Positions 26,832 through 41,209 of a DNA stretch of 64,000 nt are shown here, piece after piece (within the stretch, counting starts at the first letter, position 1; every line of letters begins with the position of its first letter). The stretch lies in assembly GCF_001194135.2 (NCBI RefSeq), contig NC_068985.1, forward strand, positions 15,899,030-15,963,029, in the 5' to 3' direction. Under the pieces are notes generated by a model. It searched no databases, was not told the origin of the DNA, and saw only the letters and a program-made list of their open reading frames with translations. This stretch comes from Octopus bimaculoides (taxonomy: Eukaryota). The position numbers were made by a program, and so were the translations under genes.

Positions 26832-27829
26832 GAAGGGAAGTCAAACATTATCCTCACTTTTGCTATAACATATATTTATTATCATCACACTGCTTTCTGC
26901 GCATGCGTGCTTATAGTTGGTACTATTGTGGTCGCGTGATCGAAGTTTGAGCCTGATCGCGCTATTTTTCTTTCTGGCTTTACAGTGTAAGCTCGGGAGA
27001 TGATAATGGTCAACCGGCGAGTTATCATCAAGGAAGTAGCTTGTTCTCTGCAGATTAGTCGTGGTTCTGCCTATCAAATCATCCATGATGAGCTCAGCTT
27101 CCATAAAGCCTGTACAAAAATGGGTGCCAAGAGTAGCTTACTGCAGAGCACAAGCGCAAACGTCTTGAGGTCTGCCAGCCTTCACTCGATCACTACAAAA
27201 ATGAGCGCGAGGAATTCAAACGACAGAGTATGGAGTGGAAACATCCTGGCTCGCCAGCGACGAGGAAATTCAAGACTCAGTCTTCCGCGGGAAAGGTGAC
27301 GCTAACCCAGTTTTGGGATTTAGAAAAATGTCTGTACTGGAAGATTACCTGGAAAAGGGGTGTACGACCAACAGTGCGAAATTCAGTGCTTTGCTGGCCA
27401 ACAAACTGAAGCCAGCAATTCTCACCAAACGTCGAAGTAAGTTTTGTTGTTGCATGGCAATGCACGCCCACACACGGCTGCTTAGACCATTGAAACCATT
27501 AACCAATTGGGTTTTGAGGTGCTGAAACACTCTGCCTAGAGATCAGATCTCACCCCTTTCGATTATCATATCTTTGGACCGCTCAAAGATGGTTTAGAAG
27601 GTCGTCGATTTCCTACGGATGAAGATGTGAAGGAAGCGGTGCATAAATGGTTGCACGACCAACCGGAAAACTTCTTCTTGGAGGGAATACACAGGCTTTT
27701 GAACAACTGGACCAAGTGCATCGAAAAGAAAGGAGACTATATAGAAAAATGACGTACTTGTTCATTCCCTGCTTTTGTGTAAATACATTGAAAAAACAAA
27801 GAGTGCATAAAATTTTTGACTCTCCCTCA
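26832..27829 (+). mobile_element. Mariner transposon, internally deleted and frameshifted
   Basis: TIRs GAAGGGAAGTCAAACATTAT / ATAAAATTTTTGACTCTCCCTCA(TA); NRRVIIKEVACSLQISRGSAYQIIHDELSFHK, DLTPFDYHIFGPLK, WTKCIEKKGDYIEK*. Confidence 0.88.
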
Positions 27830-28275
27830 TATATGCATGTCCTTATGCATTGCATGTGTATATATGTAAGGATACATTTGTAATATGTGTGTGTGTATGT
27901 ATATATGCATGTATACATTTATGCATGTACTTGTATACATGTTATAGGTTAAATACCTAAGACGTTTAACACACACACATATATATATACATGTGGTGGT
28001 TGTCTACTCCTNNNNNNNNNNNNNNNNNNNNNNNNNNNNNNNNNNNNNNNNNNNNNNNNNNNNNNNNNNNNNNNNNNNNNNNNNNNNNNNNNNNNNNNNN
28101 NNNNNNNNNNNNNNNNNNNNNNNNNNNNNNNNNNNNNNNNNNNNNNNNNNNNNNNNNNNNNNNNNNNNNNNNNNNNNNNNNNNNNNNNNNNNNNNNNNNN
28201 NNNNNNNNNNNNNNNNNNNNNNNNNNNNNNNNNNNNNNNNNNNNNNNNNNNNNNNNNNNNNNNNNNNNNNNNNNN

Positions 28276-28319
<44 letters not shown>

Positions 28320-28329
28320 GGTTCCATAG

Positions 28330-28990
28330 TGTATATAAGCTTGGAGCTCATTTCTCCAGTTGCGCTCTTTATTTCTTGAAGTTGAAGTTCTCAGGAGTAG
28401 TACTGAGTTGGTTAGTTACATAACTAAAAACCCCAATAATCATAGTTATAATTCAAAATTTGCAGTCCAACTGCAGTATTTACAGATTTCTCCTTAATTC
28501 GCCATAAATTTTACTTTCGACTATATGTAACATTATATCAAGGTCAAGTGGACTATTTATTTCTGCTACTGTATATAATTTCTTTTTAAGTCCCAGATAA
28601 TTGCCTGGTATGATGTGCATATATTTTATTGAGGATTTTTACAGGAACATTACTCCATTATTCTTTTATATAATGGGTGTATAAGTCCTTGGTGACTCTA
28701 TCCTTTTAAGGATTGGGCACACCACATCATTCACAGTATCCTGATATCATTTTCAAACAGATGCACACGATGTAGGTAAAATCTTTGATCTTAATTCTTC
28801 AGAGTCTTCACTGATTTTCATATCGAAATGTTCCAACTAGATCTCTATCCTTACAGTATCAGGTGTTGTGTTATTTCTTGTTCTTGTATTGCAAAAGCAT
28901 ATATTTCAAATTGTGAACTAATATAACGCATATACGTCCACAATGGACTATTTGGCTATCTATCATATATTACTGTCAGCCTGAATACTA
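28330..28990 (-). mobile_element. RLE retrotransposon family A copy 4 (older), CCHC/REL region
   Basis: Across frameshifts: RYISSQFE.YAFAIQEQEI, NVPVKI, IIWDLKKKLYTVAEINSPLD, ESKIYGELRRNL; parallels copies 1 and 3. Confidence 0.65.
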
Positions 28991-29612
28991 CTGACTACAT
29001 AGTTAATTCATATCTTTATGCTTGAAAGCTTTTCCCCGATGCTTTCAGGCAATAAAGTATGGAGGTAGAAAGAGAGGATTATTGAAAGAGAAGTTATATA
29101 GATAGTTTCGTAGAGACCCGAGTTTAAAGAGAGGCTTTGAAGATAGGAGAACTGTGCAACCCCCTCGATTTGCATAGCTAGATATTTTTTACGGCGAATA
29201 GTCTCCAAGGAGCTCTGTTTCAAGCCATCATGGTGGTATTAGCCTTGTTAATGTAGGTTTGTTCAGTGGAGTCACTGCAATGCTTGGTGAGTGGTAGTTG
29301 CTGTGGAAGGGAATTGATGCATCGTACAAACGGTGTTTGAATCAATGTTAAACCTGCAGAAGAATAACATTGTTGATATGGAATTTTTTTTTCTTTTGCA
29401 GTCACCGGCTTCCGGGTTTTGACATTCTCTGTTTCAAATATCATCTGGTGTTCATTAGAGTAGCTCGAATGTTGATATTAGTACTGGTACAGTAAACACA
29501 TTGTGGGACACTGATTGATTGTATGACGACAACACCGAGGAGCAATTTTTCTTTCATCCGGTTGAAACAAGTCAATACTTTGTGTATGAATATCTTCTCA
29601 AACGTATGAATG

Positions 29613-29671
<59 letters not shown>

Positions 29672-29682
29672 GTCTATCTAAC

Positions 29683-29723
<41 letters not shown>

Positions 29724-29856
29724 ATANNNNNNNNNNNNNNNNNNNNNNNNNNNNNNNNNNNNNNNNNNNNNNNNNNNNNNNNNNNNNNNNNNNNNNNNNN
29801 NNNNNNNNNNNNNNNNNNNNNNNNNNNNNNNNTATATATATATATATATATATATG

Positions 29857-30604
29857 AATATCAGGGTAGGAAAAATTTTAGAAATGTTTTCTACCAATGA
29901 CTCGTATGTAGAAAAACTAGTCAATAAACTATGCATTATTCATATAAATATACTATTTACTATCTTTCTCCTGGACCATGGTTTCAAACTCTATTTAACA
30001 AATAAAGTAATTTGCCAGGCGAAGTTCTCATCAACAGGAGCACCAAGATTAACATATAATTACGAGGTAATACAGTACATGCCTCTTGCTTACATATTAT
30101 AATTTTTCAAATCCACCGCGCAAGCGCAGTTTTTTTGTCGGCAGCAAATAAAATAATGCCGACTTGCTTCAAAGAATTTGCCAAAAATTATTAATAAATA
30201 TCAGGGTAGGAAAAAGTTTAGAAATGTTTACTACCAGTGGCCTAGCATGTTAAAAAACTAGTCAATAGACTATATATTATTCATACAAATACAGTGTACA
30301 TTTAAGCACATAAGAGATGGCCATAATAGGACATCTAACATGCTAGAAAGAGCAGTCAAAATCTAAACAACTATTAGGGGTAATTTCGAAGGGAATGGAA
30401 AACAAGAACTTCGCCTAGTAAATTACTTTATTTGCTAAATAGAGTTTGAAACCATGGTCCAGGAGAAAGATGGTAAATGTTTTTATTTTTCATTCCCTTC
30501 GAAATTCCCCCTAATAGTGGTTTGGATTTTCACTACTCCTTCTAGCGTGTTAGATGTCCTATTATGGCCATCTCTTATGTGTTTAAATGTACACTGTATT
30601 TATA
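29857..30604. repeat. Rearranged repeat cassette A-B-x-A'-C-B'(inverted)-C'(inverted)
   Basis: Direct repeat 29857-29950/30197-30290; inverted pair 29955-30028/30405-30478; inverted pair 30285-30402/30487-30604. Confidence 0.85.
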
Positions 30605-30725
30605 TGTGTGTATATATATATGTATGTATATATACATATATGTATGTATGTATGTATGTATGTATATCAGTATGTATGTATATATATATATACACATATA
30701 TGTTGTATGTACATATTCATTGCCA

Positions 30726-30879
30726 GTTCAAATATACTTGAGGCATATTCGAACCTGTGACAAGGCCATTCACTGTATTTTGTCACGGAGAAAATGGCAA
30801 TAAATTTGCATTTTCTCCATGACAAAATACAGTGAGTAGCTTTCTCACGGGTTCGAATATGCCTCAGGCATGTTTGAAC
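30726..30879. repeat. Long palindrome: about 75 bp arms, 5 nt loop (TAAAT)
   Basis: Arm 30726-30800 matches the reverse complement of 30806-30879 with scattered mismatches. Confidence 0.9.
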
Positions 30880-30934
30880 AGGTAATATGTTTGTATTTAT
30901 CCACACCACTGCTTAGAACTGTCACCCTCTACTA

Positions 30935-31013
30935 ATGTTGTTGTTGTTGGCACTCCGTCGCTTACGACGTCGAGGGTTCCAGTTGATCCGATCAACGGAA
31001 CAGCCTGCTCGTG
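30935..31013 (-). mobile_element. SINE family 3 tail, cut by a gap
   Basis: Near-identical to 22016-22090. Confidence 0.85.
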
Positions 31014-31043
31014 NNNNNNNNNNATATGTACTGCATAGAGTAA

Positions 31044-31091
<48 letters not shown>

Positions 31092-32133
31092 TTATATAAG
31101 CATATAGAAATAGAGACAGGGAGAGAGATGGATAGAAAGAGCGAGTTTGACAATCACAAGAGTACTGCGTGATACTGACACAGAGAGAGCTGCTAATACA
31201 TGAATAATCAATATATTTATCAACGATGGTCCTGTATCGTCGGAACAAAGACAAAAGAAAAAGACACTATTAAGTATGTAACACTAGAAATACACAAGTC
31301 TACCTTGATATAAAAAAAACCTGTCTCGACCCTCAGACGGTTAATTTACATAATACAAAGATGCGAGTTAATTATTCAATAAGGTATATACATATATCTG
31401 AATATATGTATTGTTATGTATGCAACTATGAAGATAGGTGTTGTATATATGTATAGGTATGTACGTGTGTGTGTGTGTATACATATACGTAGAAACATAT
31501 ATATATATATATATATATATATANNNNNNNNNNNNNNNNNNNNNNNNNNNNNNNNNNNNNNNNNNNNNNNNNNNNNNNNNNNNNNNNNNNNNNNNNNNNN
31601 NNNNNNNNNNNNNNNNNNNNNNNNNNNNNNNNNNNNNNNNNNNNNNNNNNNNNNNNNNNNNNNNNNNNNNNNNNNNNNNNNNNNNNNNNNNNNNNNNNNN
31701 NNNNNNNNNNNNNNNNNNNNNNNNNNNNNNNNNNNNNNNNNNNNNNNNNNNNNNNNNNNNNNNNNNNNNNNNNNNNNNNNNNNNNNNNNNNNNNNNNNNN
31801 NNNNNNNNNNNNNNNNNNNNNNNNNNNNNNNNNNNNNNNNNNNNNNNNNNNNNNNNNNNNNNNNNNNNNNNNNNNNNNNNNNNNNNNNNNNNNNNNNNNN
31901 NNNNNNNNNNNNNNNNNNNNNNNNNNNNNNNNNNNNNNNNNNNNNNNNNNNNNNNNNNNNNNNNNNNNNNNNNNNNNNNNNNNNNNNNNNNNNNNNNNNN
32001 NNNNNNNNNNNNNNNNNNNNNNNCACACACACACACGCACACAACGCAGGTTAGCAGTGAACTCTGAGATTCCCCCTTGGTTGTACATATCTGTTGAGAA
32101 CAGACACATAATTTTCAATTCCTGAATTATATA

Positions 32134-33053
32134 TTGGATCATCCCATAAATAATGCAGTTTTTTCAATTGCATGAACTAAAAGTCGGAGGGGAACGAGAT
32201 AAACTACCTGCATCTACTTGCTATAAAAGCAGGAACTAATTTTACCTTGTCCCTATTAGTGCAAGTTTTGAAGAGTGCAGTTCGATTTTAACAGTTATTT
32301 TTTCAAAGCTATAATGGAAGTGACTAAGGAGCATATTCGGCATATTTTGTTTTATGAGTTCAATAAAGTCAACAACGCAGCGGAAAGTGCAAGGAATATT
32401 AATGCTGTATATGGGGATCAGACAATAAGCGTAAACCAGTGTCAACAGTGGTTCTAGAAATTCCGAGCCGGAAACTACAGCCTAGAAGTATAGCCTCGTC
32501 CTGGAAGATCTGCAGAACTCGACGAGGACGTCCGGCAAACTCTGGGGGGAACAAAATCCCATCGTAACTGTTGAGGTACTAGCAGAGGAGCTTGTATTTG
32601 GCAATTCAACCATTCATCGATACATGCACTCGAAGAAAAACGACCACCTTTGATTTCAAGACGAAAGGTGTTCTTCCATCAGGACAATTTTCGGCCACAT
32701 ACAGCGAGGATGACATTCTAAAGGTTGGAGCAGTTTTTTTGGGAAACGATTCCCCACCGACCATATTCACCGGACATTGCCCCATCTGGTTATCACTTAC
32801 TCCGCAGTCTTCAAAATTATTTGGACGGAAAAAATATAAATTCTGTAGACGAGGTCAGGACAGTATTGGAGAAGTACTTTCCGTCACGGACATGTGAATT
32901 TTGGAAGAAGGGGCCTTGCAAGTCTACTTGATAGATGGAAGAGCATTGTAGAAAATGAAAGAGGGTATATTTTAGCTTTTAAAAGTACTTATCTTAATTT
33001 TGAAAAATAAAAGAAGTGTAAAAAAAAACCCGCATAATTTATGGGGTGACCCA
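32134..33053 (+). mobile_element. Mariner transposon with both TIRs, internally deleted
   Basis: TIRs TTGGATCATCCCATAAATAATGC / GCATAATTTATGGGGTGACCCA with TA flanks; MEVTKEHIRHILFYEFNK..., PYSPDIAPSGYHLLRSLQN; in-frame stops. Confidence 0.9.
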
Positions 33054-33480
33054 TATATACGCTTATATGTGGAGGCGCGTGNNNNNNNNNNNNNNNNNNN
33101 NNNNNNNNNNNNNNNNNNNNNNNNNNNNNNNNNNNNNNNNNNNNNNNNNNNNNNNNNNNNNNNNNNNNNNNNNNNNNNNNNNNNNNNNNNNNNNNNNNNN
33201 NNNNNNNNNNNNNNNNNNNNNNNNNNNNNNNNNNNNNNNNNNNNNNNNNNNNNNNNNNNNNNNNNNNNNNNNNNNNNNNNNNNNNNNNNNNNNNNNNNNN
33301 NNNNNNNNNNNNNNNNNNNNNNNNNNNNNNNNNNNNNCGTGTGTGCGTGTGTGCGTGTGTGTGTGTGTGCGTGTGCGTCTGTGCGTGCGTGCGTGCGTGC
33401 GTGTATAGGGTGAAAAGGACTTCGAAGTTTCAACTCGGTTGCTTTCGTTAAAAGAAACAATAATGTATATATATACACAT

Positions 33481-33521
<41 letters not shown>

Positions 33522-33779
33522 TACATACACACACATACATACATGCATACATACATACATACATGCATACATACATACATACATACATACATACATACAT
33601 ACAAGTGAAGAGACGGAAGAAAGTATCTCTCAACACATTTGGTAGAATTAAATACATTTAATAACAGCTTGAGTCATTAATTAAAGTTTCGTGGGCGAAT
33701 GTCGTTCGAAGATAAAGTGGTGAAAATTTCAAGAATTTTGTCGGTCAGTTCAAATCGCATTGTGGTTTATGTTATCAAA

Positions 33780-34429
33780 GAGATATCAGTTTATTCCGTT
33801 GTTGTTTTTTTTTGTTTTTTTTTTTCCATAATATTCGGTCCATGTGTGAGTTACAAAAATTTTAGAGTCACTTTTTCGGCTGTGTGTAGAATGGTACATT
33901 TGGGGACGTTAGTTTCTTGCACTGGATACATACAGCACGTGATGCTTGTGTTGCATGGTACAGAGTCCTATTGCCAGACATAGGTTCTTCCAGCAGCCAC
34001 CTTCTCGATCCAGAGCAGCACTACCTCCTCCAGGGACTTGATATAGGCCTCCGTGTTGAGTCTGAGGCCGTGTGGGAAGATGAATGGAGGCATAACGTGG
34101 CCATCACTAGTGATCACTCCAAACGCCATGATGTTGACTGGATGCTTGGTTTGTTATCACTCTCGGTTCATGTCCTCAGATTGCACTGTCTTCAGATTGA
34201 CACCCAGACACTCTGAAATGTACGTATTGAAGCTTCCGGCGCGAATACCAAGCAGTACATGTCGTTTCCAAATTTCTGGTAGAATCAGTTGCATCATAGT
34301 ACTGCTTTTCTCACAGACGGTGCTCAACTGACCCTACTATACCGTGTAGTCGACAAAATCAAAACCAAGCAATGCGCATGCGCGACATTTAAATATAAAA
34401 TGGTGACAATTTACCCATCGCACCCACCA
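33780..34429 (-). mobile_element. Tc1/mariner-superfamily remnant (DD37D/maT-like)
   Basis: KHPVNIMAFGVITSDGHVMPPFIFPHGLRLNTEAYIKSLEEVVLLWIEKVAAGRTYVWQ*DS; TIR-like end at 34401-34429. Confidence 0.8.
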
Positions 34430-34868
34430 TATACATACGCATACACACACGCACATACATACACACACACATATATTCACACGTATGTATGTGCGTATGT
34501 GTGTCTGTATGTCTATGCTAGCATGTGGTCTAATACTGTTATACTTTCCGCAGATATTAAAATCAAATCAGATTAAAGTATATATCACTGTCAAATAAAA
34601 AAAAACATTTTATTTACTTCACGTGGGTGATGTCCACGTGATATTCGCTTCAATCACGTGCTATACTATCGTCTGATCAGTGAAGTTCTCAGTCCTGGTA
34701 GTGTATCAGCGCATCTGTGTTATTCTACCCTCCTCTCTTTATCTGTAACGATTATTTTTCTTCCCCCCTTTCTCTCTATTAATCTTTCTTTCTGAAAACA
34801 CTCGTTTGAGTAGGGAAGGACACATCTGTCTAGTTATCTTAGTGTGTGTGTGTGTTTAAGTATGTATG

Positions 34869-34978
<110 letters not shown>

Positions 34979-34987
34979 CATACAAAC

Positions 34988-35032
<45 letters not shown>

Positions 35033-36328
35033 NNNNNNNNNNNNNNNNNNNNNNNNNNNNNNNNNNNNNNNNNNNNNNNNNNNNNNNNNNNNNNNNNNNN
35101 NNNNNNNNNNNNNNNNNNNNNNNNNNNNNNNNNNNNNNNNNNNNNNNNNNNNNNNNNNNNNNNNNNNNNNNNNNNNNNNNNNNNNNNNNNNNNNNNNNNN
35201 NNNNNNNNNNNNNNNNNNNNNNNNNNNNNNNNNNNNNNNNNNNNNNNNNNNNNNNNNNNNNNNNNNNNNNNNNNNNNNNNNNNNNNNNNNNNNNNNNNNN
35301 NNNNNNNNNNNNNNNNNNNNNNNNNNNNNNNNNNNNNNNNNNNNNNNNNNNNNNNNNNNNNNNNNNNNNNNNNNNNNNNNNNNNNNNNNNNNNNNNNNNN
35401 NNNNNNNNNNNNNNNNNNNNNNNNNNNNNNNNNNNNNNNNNNNNNNNNNNNNTATATATATATATAATGCATGCATACATACATACATACATACAGGGTG
35501 TTCGTGCTAAATTTGACGATATTTTTGCCTCTTTTTTTTTCGAGAACAGCTTGATGCATACGTGAACAGTAAACGGCGTTTTAGAGTATAAAGATTAATG
35601 TTGTAGTTGACAAAAAGTTAGCTGATATGGAAGACTGGAAGTCACCCGAATATCGGAAAAGACTTACCTGCATCATCATGATTCGCACCAGCGATTAAAA
35701 TGCCAACATCACGACTGATGCTCAATACTCTGAACATGTTATAACTGCAAAGGTGAACTACAAAGGTGTAATATCTGTGTTTCATTTTTTGTTATAGCTT
35801 ATTCAGTCATGGCAAAGCATTCTCTTCCTTTAGCTGTCAAATCATCGATGTGTGAAGCATTGGAGAACCGGGAGGGTGCATACATCCATCTACGATGACA
35901 CAAACATCTAGAATAATTAGCAAAAGCATGGTGTGTACTACGGCTGTTTGTTTTACCCCTTTCCTCTCTAATGATGATAAATATATCTATCGTACTTAAT
36001 TTTAATGAAAGCGATAAAGAGACATATAGTTAAAATATAGAAAAAATACGTTTACTTAATCAGAGCAATTTATATACTATCATACTCTGCATTTAAGAGT
36101 TTTGACAAAAATTCTTCTCGGTTCTGTTTGATGTGTAAAGAGTGAAATTTTCGCCACTGCAGAATAATTCCAGAATAATGATGAAAAACTAGATTTCTTG
36201 GTGCAATTTTGTTTAGTAATTATTATGTTGCTACTTTTTTTTATCCAAAATTTGCCTTCCAAACGATTTGTTTTGTTGTTCTTGTTTTCTATTTGGATTT
36301 TAAAATTATTTTAATCTGTTAATCAAAT

Positions 36329-37750
36329 GAGTGCTACGTAAATCTTGCTCGCGAGAAAATAAGGGCGGAATCATGTATTCTCCATCATGCAGGAAATGAC
36401 TGATACTAATCATTTCAAATGCTGAAATAAGCAGAAATTTAACGTCCATTACTCTTTCAAATATGTCAACGATAACATCTCCTTGACCTGGTATTAATTC
36501 TCTTGATTGTTGCTCAGTTGACTTTCATTTGCCAGCACACTATTTTCAACATCCAGGTGATATCTATTAAATTCCTCTTACACTGTGATCTTCAAGATTA
36601 GCAATTTTACATTTTAAAATATAAAGATGAATATCACAAGGTGTTAAAAATTAATCTTGGAATGAATATATCTTTTCATCTGTTACTATCAGCCCGTATT
36701 TCTCCATGAAGATAGAGATCACAAAGAGGTTATAGCAAAAGTTATCGTTCATTGAGTCGATCTCAGGTCATGATTGCGTAATATAATAATTGTACTATTC
36801 CTCAGTTTCAAGATTTGCGGCAATATTCAAAATGGAGTTACTTAACTGGATAACCTTCATCTTTGTCTTCATCTTATGTCTTCATCTGTGACATCAATAC
36901 TTTTAACACTTTATAAGTGATTATTTCCAAGCAGCAATGCAAGAATGTCATTCCTCGTATCAAAACATCTACAGTTTTGGGGGTTCATATTATCGTTAAT
37001 GATATAATTTCAATTATGTTTTTTTATTATCTGAAATGTCTATTACCTCTTCAAATACGTGGTTGATAATATGCACTTGATTTGGTATTAGTTCAAGAGA
37101 TGTCTCTAATGGATTTTCTTTCGGTCCACATTTATTTGTCAGTGCAACATCAAGTAGCCATCAATTCACTTCTTTTTGCCCGTGATCCTCACACTTCCTA
37201 GCAGGCTTAGCAATTTTCTATTAGATCAAAGCTGAGATGATTTAATAGAATTTTCAATAAAAGCAATATTGGAATTTCTTTGTGTCGAAAACCTACTCTT
37301 AACAGGAGAATTTCACCACCGAAGGCTATATTGCATCACGTAAGGAGATCGATTGGAAGATGCATTAGATCGTCCGATATAATGCGTTGCAATATCCTAA
37401 TATGGCGGTCTGCACTGTTAATTCAAATCACAATAGTGCCATGTTTGTTTTAAATCATTTCTGGGTCGATAAATAATGTAAGATCCCAGTGCTGATGTAG
37501 TAGTCTTTCCCTCTATATCTAACAGTACCTCGCAAGTACAGTCAACCAGCGGCATCGAGATGTATCTCCATGAAAATATGACATCAACATTTTGCTGGTA
37601 TACATCAATCTAGTTGCAAAGACGTCGAGAGAAAAATACCACCCAGCACCGTTTCATTTTACGGGAGAACAGGCATAATATTTAGTATAAGAATATCTGT
37701 TAAGCATTTTCCATGCAATACTCCTTATGTTTGTTATCTATTATTCTCAA
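36329..37750 (-). mobile_element. Highly decayed Helitron RepHel PIF1-type helicase
   Basis: Collinear motif remnants: AFGGEILLL (PFGGK, about 37300-37326), IENSIKSSQL, WLLDVA, GYPV (YPxE), LKL..LRN, IFIPRL (FIPRI, about 36655), PLFSREQ.LYVAL (PVFSHGQLYVAL, 36329-36368). Confidence 0.72.
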
Positions 37751-38144
37751 AGTACATCTCAAAATGTACACTTGCAAGAACCAAGTAATAGCAATACGTT
37801 ATCATAAACGAGAAGCAAGTATTTGGATAATGTCGCAAGGCACCACCACAAACGTTAAAATCTAGGTTGATATTCTGAAGAAACAATTGCCTACTCATAT
37901 GATCATCTATAAATAGTTGTGCACAACTATCCGAAAAAAATACCTCAAAACAACTAGATCAGAGCAACGTGAGTAAATAGCCAGGACCATCGCATGACCA
38001 TAATTGTATAAAAATTACTTCAGCCCTAAAAATAAATTTGCAACTTATAATGCTACACCAGGGAAGAATTTAAGAGCATCGATGCTTTTATTCATATCTA
38101 CGATTTGATTTTGTTTCCGACAGGATAACTCTTTCTCATCATTT

Positions 38145-39562
<1,418 letters not shown>

Positions 39563-39744
39563 GCTCACACATGACCATCGTCCATCTTACTTTTCCTCAC
39601 GTGACCATCTTTCTTTTCCTGCTCGGACATTCAAAAGAATTTTTTTTCTCTCTTTTATCCTTTTTCTTTTCAAAGAAAATATTTCTCCCAGCGTTCACTA
39701 TTTTCCTCTCGTTCTGGTCTAACGACTCTCCATGTTTGTTTTCG

Positions 39745-40192
39745 AGTGGTACATCATTTGCACGATGTGGAGAATATACCACCAGCATTGCCCAAACGAC
39801 TTCAACATTAGCTTCAAAATTCATCCAAGACTAGGACCACGGGCCATACGTCCTCTACCTAATTCAGGATCACAACACATCAATACACTGCAACACAATT
39901 TCTTTTCCTCAACAGGCTCTGCCCTATTTAACATTGTCCCGAAACAGATGAAAGAGGAAAAGGATCCCATTACCTTCAAACGGAATCTGAGCAAATTTCT
40001 TCAAGGAATACCAGATAAGCCACCTATACCTGGATACATCTCACTCAACAAAAACTCCGTACTCGAAAGGACTGTGATGCCACAAAACTTGACTTAAAAA
40101 GGATTTAGATAATCCTATAAGGTGCTGCTATTAAGTTAGACATGACCTGGACCAATCTTTCGTCGGAATATATCTAAGTTTATATCTAAGTT

Positions 40193-40197
<5 letters not shown>
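39745..40197 (+). mobile_element. CR1/L2-type LINE 3' end with (ATCTAAGTTT)n tail
   Basis: YIICTMWRIY..NFFSSTGSALFNIVP..FKRNLSKFL; roughly 85-90% identical to 60160-60554. Confidence 0.8.
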
Positions 40198-40262
<65 letters not shown>

Positions 40263-40531
40263 CCTATGCAACGTTCTTAATATATATAGTACTAAGGTGT
40301 ACATAGATATTGCTGCTTCTATATGTTGTACGTGACACCATTTCTCTATGTGTGTTTGTGTGTATGAAATAGACGATGAGATTGCTTCACTTTGAACCTG
40401 ATCACGCGATAGTATTTGTGAAATATAATTATTTGATCTTATCGCTAACTGAAAAGAAATTCAATACTAAATTACAAATAAAGTATTCAAAGCGTAAATG
40501 AAATTATCCAAAAAATTTCACTATCGTTGCT

Positions 40532-40735
40532 TTTGTTGTTTCGCTCCAGGCCAGCTATGATCGAACAAATCAATTATCATATGTGTCGCAGTCACGATCA
40601 ACTTGTCCTGTATTCATACATAACATATCTAAGACTACATTATCCAATGTGTCCGTTTATCATGACAGTATGCTGTGATTGAGGAAGATATGGCTGATAT
40701 TTCTAGTATGCTGAATACATAGAAGTTCCTTTGCT
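40532..40735 (+). repeat. Unclassified dispersed repeat (SINE-like); related fragments at about 2380-2430, 41900-41990 (-) and 52400-52560
   Basis: Shared motifs CTAAGACTACATTATCCAATGTGTCC and GATTTGAGGGAGATxTGGCTGxTATT. Confidence 0.5.
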
Positions 40736-40810
40736 GGCCCTTTATCACTTTTGGTGAATTTGTATTTGTAAATAGATGTTTAGTCAACTGATTCTTTCAT
40801 CTTTAATGTC

Positions 40811-41209
40811 TTTTATTCTTTTACTCTTTTACTCTTTTACTTGTTTTAGTCATTTGACTGCGGCCATGCTGGAGCACCGCCTTTAGTCGAGAAAATCGAC
40901 CCCGGGACTTATTCTTTGTAAGCCTAGTACTTATTCTATTGATCTCTTTTGCCGAACCGCTAAGTTATGGGGACATTAACACACCACCATCGGTTGTCAA
41001 GCAATGCTAGGGGGACAAACACAGACACACAAACACACACACACACACACATATATATATACATATATACGACGGGCTTCTTTCAGTTTCCGTCTACCAA
41101 ATCCACTCACAAGGCTTTGGTTGACCCGATGCTATAGTAGACACGCAGTGGGACTGAACCCGGAACCATGTGGTTGGTAAGCAAGCTACTTACCACACAG
41201 CCATTCCTG
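40811..41209 (-). mobile_element. tRNA-derived SINE family 1, full length (head, CA microsatellite, tail with (AAAAGAGT)n)
   Basis: Head matches 14189-14346; tail matches 48014-48245. Confidence 0.9.
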
